Shown here piece by piece: positions 24,505 to 33,857 of a DNA stretch of 41,898 nt. The notes under the pieces are model-generated. The model was not told where the DNA came from. It made no database searches and worked only from the letters and a program-made list of their open reading frames with translations. Each line of letters starts with the position of its first letter. Position 1 is the first letter of the stretch. The DNA is taken from positions 1 through 41,898 of IMG/VR virus record IMGVR_UViG_3300037440_000669; one strand, 5' to 3'. Made by a program: the position numbers and the translations under genes. Source of the stretch: a virus. Its lineage: Duplodnaviria > Caudoviricetes.

Positions 24505-24786
24505 GTGAGTCCGAGCATGCAGGCGGTTGCCCTGTCAGGGGCCAGCGAGGCGATCGCAGTAGGGCGGTCGCAGTATGGCGGCCTGACCGTCGTGGAGACC
24601 GGGGCAGCGGCGGCGTCGGTGCGGGTGTTCGACAACGCGGCCGGCCCGGCCGGGACGCTGATCGACGCGGTGAACTTGGCCGCTGGCGAGTCTGTGTCGC
24701 GGATCTACGACCGGGGCACCTGGTGCCAGGAGGGGATCTGGGTGGAGCTCACCGGCGCCGTGCAGGGGTCGGTGCGGGTCGCCTGA
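24505..24786 (+). CDS. Small virion protein (possible decoration protein)
   Basis: GGGGAG RBS; beta-rich; follows the capsid gene. Confidence 0.6.
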   Translation: MSPSMQAVALSGASEAIAVGRSQYGGLTVVETGAAAASVRVFDNAAGPAGTLIDAVNLAAGESVSRIYDRGTWCQEGIWVELTGAVQGSVRVA

Positions 24787-25781
24787 TGGACACCCTGACC
24801 CGGGTGGCCCGGACCGCGGCCGCGACGCTGGAGCACACCTTCCTGGTCGGTGAGGTGGGTACGGACTCGACCACGGCGGTGGCGGTGGCGGTGACCGCGG
24901 CGGACGGCACCGAGCTGGCCGCCGGGGCGGGAGTCTCGGCCGGCCAGGGCCGGTACACGTTCCCGTTGCCGGGGCAGCCTCAGCTGCTCTCCGGCCGGGT
25001 CGACTGGTCGGGCACGGTCGCCGGCGCCGCGGTGGTCGAGTCTGACCAGCTGGAGGTCGTCGGCGGGTTCCTGTTCGATCTGGTCCGGGCCCGTAGCTCT
25101 GATGACTCCCTGAAGGACACCACGAGGTACCCGACTGCGGATCTGGAGCGGGCCCGGGTCGAGGTGGAGCTGGAGTGCGAGTGGATCTGCGCGCAGGCGT
25201 GGGTGCCGCGGTACCGGCGGGTGGTGCTGGACGGCACGGGCACTCCGGATCTGGTGCTGCCCGACGGTGGTGACGAGGTACGCGGCGGGGTGCTGATGCG
25301 CGGCGTGCGCACCATCCGGTCCGCCTCGGTCGCGCCTCGGGTGGGACTGCCGGCCGTCGACCTGACCGCCGAGCAGCTCGCGGCGCTGACCGTGCGCGCC
25401 GGCGGGGTGTTGCGCCGCACCGACGGCAACGTGTGGACCGCCGGCGACTCTAACGTGGTGGTGGACTACGAGTACGGTTCGGACGGTCCACCACCGGACC
25501 TGGTGCGCGGCGCGTTGACCCGGCTGCGTTCGGTGTTGCAGCTGAACCGGACGCAGGTTCCGGACCGGGCCGTGTCGTTCACGATCACCGACCTGGGCAC
25601 CTACCGGCTGAGCCTGCCCGACGCGTTCCGGACCGGGCTGCCGGAGGTGGACGCGGCCTACGGCCGGTACTCCCGGCGGGTGTCGCCCAACGAGGCGCCG
25701 GGTGGCCGGCAGGTGCCCGCGTCGCGGACGATGACCTACGACCCGCAGCACTGGTCGATGTTCCACGGCGGCCGGCCGTGA
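24786..25781 (+). CDS. Head-to-tail adaptor with N-terminal extra domain
   Basis: V.VDYEYG...PP.DL and TGLPEVDA...RY motifs; synteny. Confidence 0.7.
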   Translation: MDTLTRVARTAAATLEHTFLVGEVGTDSTTAVAVAVTAADGTELAAGAGVSAGQGRYTFPLPGQPQLLSGRVDWSGTVAGAAVVESDQLEVVGGFLFDLVRARSSDDSLKDTTRYPTADLERARVEVELECEWICAQAWVPRYRRVVLDGTGTPDLVLPDGGDEVRGGVLMRGVRTIRSASVAPRVGLPAVDLTAEQLAALTVRAGGVLRRTDGNVWTAGDSNVVVDYEYGSDGPPPDLVRGALTRLRSVLQLNRTQVPDRAVSFTITDLGTYRLSLPDAFRTGLPEVDAAYGRYSRRVSPNEAPGGRQVPASRTMTYDPQHWSMFHGGRP

Positions 25782-26236
25782 TCCGCCCGGGGATCGTCAC
25801 TGAGGCGTACCGCTGCAAGCGGGCCTTGTTCGACCGGCTGGAGGCGTTGACCGGGGCCGGGCTGCCGCTGGCCGGGTTGCAGGTGCAGTACGCGTGGAAC
25901 GGGCGCACCGCCCTGCGGGAGCAGGTCTACGGCGGCGGGGTGAGGTTCACCCGGACCTCGGCCGGCCACGACGGGACGCGGGAGCTGTGGCTGGAGACGG
26001 CGGTGGTCGGCCTGTATGTGCGGGTGACCGAGCCGGGCGCCGAGGTCGCCGAGACCGACCAGCGGTGCGAGGAGATCGCCGGCGTGGTGGAGGAGGTGCT
26101 GGCCTCGGATCCGCAGCTGCCCGGCAACTACAGCTACGTGGGGATCACCGGCGGGACCGGGGACTACTCGCACGACGACGACGCGGCGGTGTCCGTGCTG
26201 GCCTACCAGGTCAGCTTCCAGTACTACCTCGACTAG
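25778..26236 (+). CDS. Tail terminator/completion protein
   Basis: Size, synteny, alternating beta pattern. Confidence 0.55.
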   Translation: MIRPGIVTEAYRCKRALFDRLEALTGAGLPLAGLQVQYAWNGRTALREQVYGGGVRFTRTSAGHDGTRELWLETAVVGLYVRVTEPGAEVAETDQRCEEIAGVVEEVLASDPQLPGNYSYVGITGGTGDYSHDDDAAVSVLAYQVSFQYYLD

Positions 26237-26245
26237 GAGGGGACT

Positions 26246-26587
26246 ATGGCGGTGGTGGGTGTGGGCCGCATCACGCGGAACGCCAACGTGGAGGTTTTGG
26301 CGCCGAACGCGGCGTCGGCCGGTGGTGACCAGTTCGCCGGCGGCGGGGATGTGTGGCTGTACCTGGCCAACGCTGATGCCGTGGCGACCAGGCAGGTGAC
26401 GGTCGCCACGCCGGGCAACGTGGGCGGTCAGGCGATCTTCGAGCTGGACATCGTGGTGCCGATGGCCGGGATCGCGGTGCGGGGCCCGTTCCCCCCGTCC
26501 CTGTTCGGCGACCCGGACGGCCGGGTGTCCCTGACCTACGACGACGAGACGCAGCTCACGTTCGGCGCGTGGAAGCTGGGGCAGTGA
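26246..26587 (+). CDS. Virion structural protein
   Basis: AGGAGG RBS; GPFPPSLF..DG.VSLTY. Confidence 0.6.
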   Translation: MAVVGVGRITRNANVEVLAPNAASAGGDQFAGGGDVWLYLANADAVATRQVTVATPGNVGGQAIFELDIVVPMAGIAVRGPFPPSLFGDPDGRVSLTYDDETQLTFGAWKLGQ

Positions 26588-26916
26588 TGGCGGCGGCCAA
26601 GCGCAGCGACACCGGCCGCACCGCGGCGGCCCCTCCTGCCGGCGACGTCGACCAGCCGGCGGCCGCACCTGCCGGCGACGTCGACCAGGCGCCGGCCGGC
26701 GTGGCGGCCACAAGTCCGCCAGCGGCGGCCGCACCGGGGCAGGGGCAGGGCCGCCGGCGGCCGCCGGCGCCGCGGCCGCCGGCCCGGTACGTGGTGGCGA
26801 CCAGGCGGCTGACCACACCGACCGGGGCGCTCGCGCACCTGCCCGGGGACCTGGTGCCGACACAGAACGTGGAGCGCAACGGCTGGGCCGGCGGTGTTCG
26901 CCCGCGCGAGGAGTAG
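26587..26916 (+). CDS. Hypothetical low-complexity protein
   Basis: TGATG coupling; 21-nt direct repeat (26635-26655, 26668-26688). Confidence 0.5.
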   Translation: MAAAKRSDTGRTAAAPPAGDVDQPAAAPAGDVDQAPAGVAATSPPAAAAPGQGQGRRRPPAPRPPARYVVATRRLTTPTGALAHLPGDLVPTQNVERNGWAGGVRPREE

Positions 26917-26922
26917 CCGGCC

Positions 26923-27234
26923 GTGCCGGCCACGCATCGGCTGCGGCTGGACTCTGCCGAGATCGGGCTCCTGGATGAGGACCCGGACGTGCAGCGGCTG
27001 CTGCTGGAGATCGGCTGGGGCATCGCCGGCGACGCGGCCGCTCGGGCGCGTAAGCGCACCGGGGAGGGCGCGGCGTCGATACAACCGTGGCCGGGCCGCA
27101 GCCCGGCCGGGCCGCATGTGGACGTGTCCTGGGACCAGGACCACTTCTACATGAGCTTCCACGAGTTCGGCACCGTCGAGATCAGCAGACGTCCGGCGCT
27201 GGGGCCGGCGCTGGACCGCTACATCCACCTGTGA
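26923..27234 (+). CDS. HK97 gp10-like neck protein
   Basis: RTG....SI, FY..FHEFGT and RP.L.PAL motifs. Confidence 0.8.
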   Translation: MPATHRLRLDSAEIGLLDEDPDVQRLLLEIGWGIAGDAAARARKRTGEGAASIQPWPGRSPAGPHVDVSWDQDHFYMSFHEFGTVEISRRPALGPALDRYIHL

Positions 27235-27247
27235 AGGAGAGATCGCC

Positions 27248-27793
27248 ATGCCTGGTGACGCGACGCAGCTCGCTCTGCTGCCCGGGATTTTGTACCTCGC
27301 GCCGGCTGGCTCGACCGAGCCGGCGGACCTGGTGACGCCGTGGGACCCGGCGTGGGTCGAGCTCGGCTACACCGCCGAGGGCAGCAAGTGGACCACCGAG
27401 CTGTCGATGGGCGAGGTGCTGGCCGCCGAGGAGATCGACCCGATCCACATCGCCACCGACAGCCGCAAGGTGAAGGTTTCGTTCGTGCTGCTCCAGTTGA
27501 CAGCGACGAACCTGCGCCGGGCGTTGAACGGTGGCACGATCGTCGCCGGCGGCGGGTTCGTCACGTTCGAGCCGCACGAGCCGGGTGACGACGTGTACAT
27601 CGCCCTGGGGCACGAGAGCCACGACGGCACCGAGCGGCACGTGTTCCGCGAGGGCAAGCAGATCGGCAACGTGGAGACCGAGCGCAAGCGGGGCGGCGAC
27701 AGCGCGAAGATCCCGGCCGAGTTCCAGTTCCGGCGCCCGGCGGCCAACCTGCTGCCGTGGAAATCCATCATGGCCAGCCCGCTGCGGGCGTAG
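27248..27793 (+). CDS. Major tail (tube) protein
   Basis: AAGGAG RBS; G.LYLAP.G..EP....W.ELGYT.EG motif. Confidence 0.85.
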   Translation: MPGDATQLALLPGILYLAPAGSTEPADLVTPWDPAWVELGYTAEGSKWTTELSMGEVLAAEEIDPIHIATDSRKVKVSFVLLQLTATNLRRALNGGTIVAGGGFVTFEPHEPGDDVYIALGHESHDGTERHVFREGKQIGNVETERKRGGDSAKIPAEFQFRRPAANLLPWKSIMASPLRA

Positions 27794-27804
27794 AGGGGGG
27801 TTGC

Positions 27805-28482
27805 ATGTCACGGGAATACACGTCGGCACGGGCGCAGGCGCAGGCGCCTAGTCTGCCGCCTGGAGACCTGCCCGGGCACGACGCACCATCGGAGGCGGTG
27901 CTCGCCTGGACGGGTAAGGACCCGGCCCGGGTTCGGGAGGCGCTGCGCTCGGAGCGGACCCGGATACCGCTGCGCCCGGGGCTGGTCGACGCGCTCGAGT
28001 CGCTGATCCCGAACTTCCGGCTTGACGGCCGGCGGTGGGTGGCGGCCGTGGACGACCTGACCGTGCTGGACATCACCGAGCTGGCGCGGATGGCGAACGT
28101 GGACGCCGACAGCCCGGAGGGGATCGCCGCGCTCGGCGACTTCTTCGAGACGGCGTTGGGCAGGGCGCAGTACCGGCAGTTCCGTGACCACTGCCGGCGC
28201 AACCGGACCCCCGACGACGTGCTGCTGGACGTGATGGCGGGGCTGGTGGAGGACCTGACCGGCCGCCCTACGCAGCCGCCCTCGCCCTCGCCGGCTGGGC
28301 CAGAGCCCATTGGGGCGACGTCGAGGGTGGTCTCGCTTTCGGATGGCACGGTCCGGCCGATGAGCTCGGAGGAGTTCGCCCGGTGGCAGGAGACCCGGCA
28401 GGAGCTGGGCGGGCGGGCCCGGCATCTGCTCGACCTGCAGCAGGAGGTGCCGCCGCCGCCGGGGTTTGTCTCCTACGGATGA
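27805..28482 (+). CDS. Tail assembly chaperone
   Basis: Between tail tube and tape measure; L.E..TGRPTQPPS.S motif. Confidence 0.7.
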   Translation: MSREYTSARAQAQAPSLPPGDLPGHDAPSEAVLAWTGKDPARVREALRSERTRIPLRPGLVDALESLIPNFRLDGRRWVAAVDDLTVLDITELARMANVDADSPEGIAALGDFFETALGRAQYRQFRDHCRRNRTPDDVLLDVMAGLVEDLTGRPTQPPSPSPAGPEPIGATSRVVSLSDGTVRPMSSEEFARWQETRQELGGRARHLLDLQQEVPPPPGFVSYG

Positions 28483-28679
28483 GCGCACGGCAGGGTCTGC
28501 CGATCTTGCACGAGCTGGTGACCCGGTGGACGTTCCGCCGGCGGCTGCTGGCGGCGGTGGGCGCCGAGCCTGACCTGTTCGCCATCACCGACGACGCCGG
28601 CGCCGCCGGAGCCGGCGGGGCGGCCGGGCGTGAGCAGCGGCACGAGGCCGCGGCGCGGATGGCCGCCGCCTGGACCTGA
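28479..28679 (+). CDS. Second tail-chaperone ORF (-1 frame)
   Basis: ATGA overlap; directly before the tape measure gene. Confidence 0.5.
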   Translation: MSARQGLPILHELVTRWTFRRRLLAAVGAEPDLFAITDDAGAAGAGGAAGREQRHEAAARMAAAWT

Positions 28680-28685
28680 CGGGGG

Positions 28686-31631
28686 GTGACCGTGGCGCGC
28701 AAGATCGGCGAGGGGTTCGTGCGGGTGCGCCCGGAGCTTGCCGGGTTCGAGGCCGAGGCGCGGCGGGAGCTCGACGGGCCGCTGGCCCGGCTGAACGCCC
28801 GGCTGCGGCAGCGGATCTCGCAGTCTCGGCTGGGTGAGGCGATCGCCCGGGCGGTGGGCCGCGGCGCGGTGGAGGCGGCTCCGGCGGCCGGCCGCGCAGG
28901 CGACGGCGCCGGCCGGCGCTTCGGTGACGGGTTCGCCGCGGCCGCCCGCCGCCGGCTGCGGGGCATGCTGCCGGGGCTGCTGCGGGTGGTGGCGATCGGC
29001 GCGGTGGTGGCCGTGCTCGGGTCGCTGGCGGCGCACGCGGTGGCGGTGACTGCGGCGCTGCTGCCGATGGTGGGTGCGCTGGCAGCGGTGCCCGGGGTGG
29101 CGTTCGCGTCGGCGGCCGGGCTGGGGTCGCTGCTGCTGGCGCTGGGTGGGATCGCCGCGGCGTGGAAGGAGTCGGGCAAGGCGTCTGCCGGTGGGGCGGC
29201 GGCGTCGCGGGCGGCGGCCCGGCAGGTGGCCGCGGCGCAGCGGCAGGTGGAGACCGCGCAACGGTCACTGTCGGACACGCAGCGGGAGGCACGCCGGGCG
29301 CAGGAGGAGCTGACCGAGGCGCGGAAGACCGCGGCGGAGCGGCTGGAGGACCTGTCCCGCAGCCTGGCCGGTGCCCGGCTGGACGAGGAGGCCGCCGTTC
29401 TGGCGGTGGCACGGGCGCAGGAGGAGCTCGAACGGACCCGCGCCGACCAGGGCGCCACGGCGGTAGACGTCGCCGAGGCGGACCTGGCCTACCGGCAGAG
29501 CCTGCAGACGCTGGCCGAGGTACGCGACCGGGTGGGGGACCTGGCCGCCGAGCAGACGATCGCGGCCCGGACCGGGGTGGAGGGCAGCGAGGAGGTCCGG
29601 CAGGCGCTCGAGCGGCAGGCTGACGCGGCCCGGGCGGTGCAGGATGCGCAGCGGCAGCTGGTCGACGCGCACGCCGAGCTGGCCACCGCGGGTCAGAGCT
29701 CCGCCGGCGGGGTGGACAAGGCGGCGGAGGCGATGGCCCGGCTGGCGCCGGCGGCGCGGCAGCTGGTCACGGTCGGCCGGGAGCTGGCCGAGACGTGGCG
29801 CACCAGGGTGCAGGTGGCGGTGCAGCAGGCCACGTTCGCCGGCGTGGCCGGTGAGCTGCGGCTGCTCTCCGACGCGCTGCTGCCCACGATGCAGCGCCGG
29901 CTGGTCGGCATCGGCGGGGCGTGGAACGAGGCCATCCTGGCCACGTCCGGGCTGGTGCGCTCCCGCGGGTTCGTGCAGGACCTGGACATCACGCTCGGGC
30001 ATGCCACGTTGGGGGCGCGGCTGCTGGGCCGGGTGTGGCCGCCGGTGATTTCCGGGCTGCGGCATCTGGGTGTGGTCGGCGGCGGGTTCCTGCCCAGGTT
30101 CGCCCGGTGGGTGCTGCAGATCGCGCAGCGGTTCGACGCGTGGGCGGCCGCGGCCCGCCGGTCCGGCCGCGCCCAGCAGTGGATCGAACGTGGCGGCGAA
30201 GTGCTGCGGCAGGTCGGGCGGATCGCGCGGAACGTGGGCGGGGCGGTGCGTGCCCTGTTCGCCGCCGGCGGTGACTCGGGCCGGACCCTCGACAGCATCG
30301 AGAAGGTCACGGCGAACATGCGGGACTGGCTGGCCTCGGCCGAGGGGCAGGCCAAGGTGCGGGCGTTCTTCTCCGGGTTGCGGGCGGTGCTGGCTTCGGT
30401 GGTGCAGGTGGTGCCGCAGCTGGTCGGCGCGGTGCTCGAGCTGGGTCCGGCGTTGCAGCGGGCGGGCGAGCAGGACGCGCTGGCCGACACCCTGTCGGTG
30501 GGTGCGGTGCTGATGGGGTTCCTGGCCGAGAACATCGACAAGGTAACCGCGGTGCTGCCGTACCTGATCGCAGGCTTTATCGCGTTCCGGACGGTGCAGG
30601 CCGCGGCGAACGTGGCGCAGGCGCTCTCGCCGGTGCTGTCGACGGCGCAGGTGATCGCGAACCTGCGGCTGGCCGCCTCGCAGCGGGCGTTGACGGCGCA
30701 GCTGCGTGCGCAGCGGGTGGCCACGATGGGGCAGGCGGCGGCACAAACCGCGTCGACGACCGCGACGAACGCCGGCGCGATGGCGGCCGGCCGCGGCATC
30801 GTGGCTATGGCCGCGCAGCGGGTGGCGATGATCGCCACCCGGGCGGCGACGATCGCCTGGACCGCCGTCCAGTGGCTGCTGAACATCGCGCTCAGCGCCA
30901 ACCCGATCGGTCTGATCATCATCGCGATCGCGGCGCTGATCGCCGGGATCGTGTTGGCGTACCAACGAAGCGAAACCTTCCGCAAGGTCGTAGACGCGGC
31001 GTTCCGGGCGGTCGGTGCCGTGGTCCGCTGGTGGTGGGAGAACGTCGTCAAGCGCTACTTCCAGCTGGTCGCGACGATCGCAAAGTGGCTGTGGGGGAAG
31101 ATCCAGGCGGCGTTCGCCGGGTGGAAGATCATTTTTGATCGGGTGCGGGAGTGGCTCGCCGGCGTCCGGGACCGGTTCGGCCGGTTCCTTGAGTTCGTCA
31201 CCGGCATTCCGGGCGCGATCAAGCGCGGGTTTTCCAAGCTGGTCGACATCCTGTCGGCGCCGTTCCGGGCCGCGTTCCGGGCGATCGCCCGGTTCTGGAA
31301 CAGCACGATCGGCGGTCGCGGGTTCACCGCCCCGGACTGGTTGCCGTTCGGGATGGGCGGCAAGTCGTTCACGATCCCGACGTTGCCGGAGCTGGCGAAG
31401 GGTGGGGTGCTGCGGGCCCGCCGCGGCGGCACCCTGTTCGTGGGCGGTGAGGGTGGCGAGGACGAGGCGGTGGCGCCGCTGTCCACGTTGGCCGGGATGA
31501 TCCGGCAGGCGATCGCCGATGGGTTCCGCGGCCGCGGTTCCGGCGGGGACACGCATGTCCACGTGCACGCGCTGTCGCCGTTCTCGCTGCCGCAGGTGCT
31601 GCGCAGCCTTGAGTTCGCCGGGGCGTCCTGA
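28686..31631 (+). CDS. Tape measure protein
   Basis: 981 aa, Ala-rich helical; IGEGFVRVRP N-terminus, ANPIGLII..IAAL, LA.GG....GEGG.DEAV.PL. Confidence 0.92.
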   Translation: MTVARKIGEGFVRVRPELAGFEAEARRELDGPLARLNARLRQRISQSRLGEAIARAVGRGAVEAAPAAGRAGDGAGRRFGDGFAAAARRRLRGMLPGLLRVVAIGAVVAVLGSLAAHAVAVTAALLPMVGALAAVPGVAFASAAGLGSLLLALGGIAAAWKESGKASAGGAAASRAAARQVAAAQRQVETAQRSLSDTQREARRAQEELTEARKTAAERLEDLSRSLAGARLDEEAAVLAVARAQEELERTRADQGATAVDVAEADLAYRQSLQTLAEVRDRVGDLAAEQTIAARTGVEGSEEVRQALERQADAARAVQDAQRQLVDAHAELATAGQSSAGGVDKAAEAMARLAPAARQLVTVGRELAETWRTRVQVAVQQATFAGVAGELRLLSDALLPTMQRRLVGIGGAWNEAILATSGLVRSRGFVQDLDITLGHATLGARLLGRVWPPVISGLRHLGVVGGGFLPRFARWVLQIAQRFDAWAAAARRSGRAQQWIERGGEVLRQVGRIARNVGGAVRALFAAGGDSGRTLDSIEKVTANMRDWLASAEGQAKVRAFFSGLRAVLASVVQVVPQLVGAVLELGPALQRAGEQDALADTLSVGAVLMGFLAENIDKVTAVLPYLIAGFIAFRTVQAAANVAQALSPVLSTAQVIANLRLAASQRALTAQLRAQRVATMGQAAAQTASTTATNAGAMAAGRGIVAMAAQRVAMIATRAATIAWTAVQWLLNIALSANPIGLIIIAIAALIAGIVLAYQRSETFRKVVDAAFRAVGAVVRWWWENVVKRYFQLVATIAKWLWGKIQAAFAGWKIIFDRVREWLAGVRDRFGRFLEFVTGIPGAIKRGFSKLVDILSAPFRAAFRAIARFWNSTIGGRGFTAPDWLPFGMGGKSFTIPTLPELAKGGVLRARRGGTLFVGGEGGEDEAVAPLSTLAGMIRQAIADGFRGRGSGGDTHVHVHALSPFSLPQVLRSLEFAGAS

Positions 31632-32485
31632 TGCCGTTGGCCGAGGGGCAGGTGCAGCTGCGGGGGCTGGTGCTCGGGCCGGGCACACCGTACCGGCTGG
31701 CCGAGCATTTCAACCCGTGGACGTTGACCGTGCGGGCCGAGCAGGGCGGGGCGCGGCCGTGGGCGCACGGGGCCTGGTCGGGTGCCGAGTGGCGTGAGGA
31801 GATCCCGATCGTCATCCGGCTGACCACCCTGGGCGCCGGCGGCGCCGGGTGGCTGGCGTTGCACCAGCCGCTGGCGGCGGCGTGGGCGCCCAGCGACCTC
31901 GACCTGGAGCTGCGGTTCGTGGTCGGCGGGCAGGAGTTCGTCATGTTCGGCCGGCCGCGGATGCTCACGCCGTCGCCGCGGCACGTCGACGGGCACGGCC
32001 GGTACGAGCTGGGGTTTAGCTGCCTGGACCCGACCGTCTACTCCGGGGTGGAGCATGTGGCCGGGCCGGTGGAGCTGCCGACGCAGGCCGGCGGGCTGGC
32101 CCTGCCGTTCACGCTGCCGTACACGGTGGCCGGTCAGCTGGTCGGCGGCACCGCCGAGCTGGTCAATGCCGGGACGAAGCCGGCGCCGCTTCGGGTCCGG
32201 ATCGACGCGCCGGTGCCGCGGCCGGGCTTCGTGCTGCAGCGCCCAGACAGCACGCTGCAGCGGGTGGAGGTGGACCTGGACTTGGCCGCCGGGCAGTGGC
32301 TGGACATCGACACCGCGGCGGGCACGGTGCTGCTCAACGGGTTGGTCACTGCCTCCCAGCGTGGTGTGACTGCCTGGGATGTGGACCCGGAGCCTCTGCT
32401 GCCCGGGACGACCACGTTCAGGTTCACCGGCGCCGACTTCGACGCCGGTGTGGCGACGCCGAGATGGAGAGACGCATGGTGGTGA
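31631..32485 (+). CDS. Distal tail (Dit-like) protein
   Basis: Follows TMP; F...DP..YS, N.GT.PA and L.PG motifs. Confidence 0.8.
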   Translation: MPLAEGQVQLRGLVLGPGTPYRLAEHFNPWTLTVRAEQGGARPWAHGAWSGAEWREEIPIVIRLTTLGAGGAGWLALHQPLAAAWAPSDLDLELRFVVGGQEFVMFGRPRMLTPSPRHVDGHGRYELGFSCLDPTVYSGVEHVAGPVELPTQAGGLALPFTLPYTVAGQLVGGTAELVNAGTKPAPLRVRIDAPVPRPGFVLQRPDSTLQRVEVDLDLAAGQWLDIDTAAGTVLLNGLVTASQRGVTAWDVDPEPLLPGTTTFRFTGADFDAGVATPRWRDAWW

Positions 32486-32489
32486 TCTC

Positions 32490-33857
32490 ATGAGCGACCC
32501 GCTATACATCAACGCCGGCAGGGATGCGCTGGTGGGGACGGCGACCATTGAGGCCGACAACGAGCTGCTGACGATCGCCGGTCACGGCCTGGTCGCCGGC
32601 GACACCGTGACCGTGGACAGCCTGACCGGTGGGGCGGCCGGGGTTCTGGTGGTTGACGCCGTCTATTTCGTCCGCGACGCCACGACCGACTCGTTCGGGT
32701 TGTCGCTGACTCCGCACGGACCTTTGATCGTCTTCGCTGCTGATGGCGGGGCCGATGTGTACCGGTACGCGCCGCAGTACCACGCGGCCGAGATGCGCCG
32801 CCTGCTCGGTGGGTTGTTGCAGCGCGGCGACGCGTTGGGCGGCTTCGCCGCCCGCAGCGGTTTGTTCCCGAACGGTAGCGTGGTTAGCGGCGCGAGCGCC
32901 GCCAGCCTGTCGGGTACGACGTGGACGGTGCATAACGTTACCGGGGTGATTCACACCGGGATCACCTCGCTCACCGGTCCGTACCTGTTCGCGCATCCAG
33001 AAGAATCCGGCAGTGTCGTTCCTGCTGACGCCACCAACCCGCGCATCGACGCCCTGGACCTGCAGATCCAGGACCATGACCAGGACGGGTCGGGCTTCCG
33101 CCGTGCCCGGGTGGTGTATGCCACGGGCGTGCCCGGGGTGTCGCCGGCCGATCCGCCGGTGACCGCGAATTCACTTCGGGTGGCGACGATCCTGGTGCCG
33201 GCCAACGGCTCTCCGTCACCGACGTTGACGGTTGTTGCGCCGTATACCGTCGCGGTTGGCGGCACCATCCCCGTACGCGACAGCGACGACTACCCGGGCG
33301 CAGGCGGGCGCTACCAGGGCATGTTGCTGTGGGACGTTGCCCAGGGCGCGCTTGTTGTCAACCAGAACGCGGGCGGGACGTGGGTGCCGATCGGCGGACC
33401 CGGCGCGTCCCCGCCTACCGTGCAGGATTTCGACGACGTTAGCATCTTCCAGTTCACAAACACCGCCTTCGATGTGCTCAGCTCAAGCGGCATCTATGTG
33501 GACTGCGGTGTCGCATTCGTTGCGCCGATCTCCGGCCGGGTCATGATCCACTGGACTGTGGCGTTGGATATCGTTTCCGGCACCAACGCCGTCGCCTATT
33601 GCAGCCCGGTCGTCCGCACTGGCGGGACCGTCGGCTCGGGGTCGGTCGTTCTCCCCGCGGCGGACAACAACTCCAGGCGGGTTTCGCGCTCCTCCGTGGG
33701 CACCGATGATGGTGGCAGCCGCAACCGGTCGGGTGCTTCGTATCTGCTGGAGAGCCTGACCGCAGGCAATACGTACAACGTACGCCTGGAGCACCGGGTG
33801 ACCAGCCAGACCGGGGAGATGTTCCACCGCGCGGTCCAGGTGGTCCCGGCCACATGA
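32490..33857 (+). CDS. Minor tail protein
   Basis: AD.TNPRID...L.I.D and G.P..SP..P...L.VA.I.VPA module; visibly lower-GC C-terminal domain. Confidence 0.75.
   Translation: MSDPLYINAGRDALVGTATIEADNELLTIAGHGLVAGDTVTVDSLTGGAAGVLVVDAVYFVRDATTDSFGLSLTPHGPLIVFAADGGADVYRYAPQYHAAEMRRLLGGLLQRGDALGGFAARSGLFPNGSVVSGASAASLSGTTWTVHNVTGVIHTGITSLTGPYLFAHPEESGSVVPADATNPRIDALDLQIQDHDQDGSGFRRARVVYATGVPGVSPADPPVTANSLRVATILVPANGSPSPTLTVVAPYTVAVGGTIPVRDSDDYPGAGGRYQGMLLWDVAQGALVVNQNAGGTWVPIGGPGASPPTVQDFDDVSIFQFTNTAFDVLSSSGIYVDCGVAFVAPISGRVMIHWTVALDIVSGTNAVAYCSPVVRTGGTVGSGSVVLPAADNNSRRVSRSSVGTDDGGSRNRSGASYLLESLTAGNTYNVRLEHRVTSQTGEMFHRAVQVVPAT

Noticed and set aside
28455-28482. GGGGTTT as a programmed -1 frameshift in the tail chaperone
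   Set aside because: Not in canonical X XXY YYZ phase, and the downstream ORF has its own ATGA-coupled start. A frameshift is not excluded but is unsupported.
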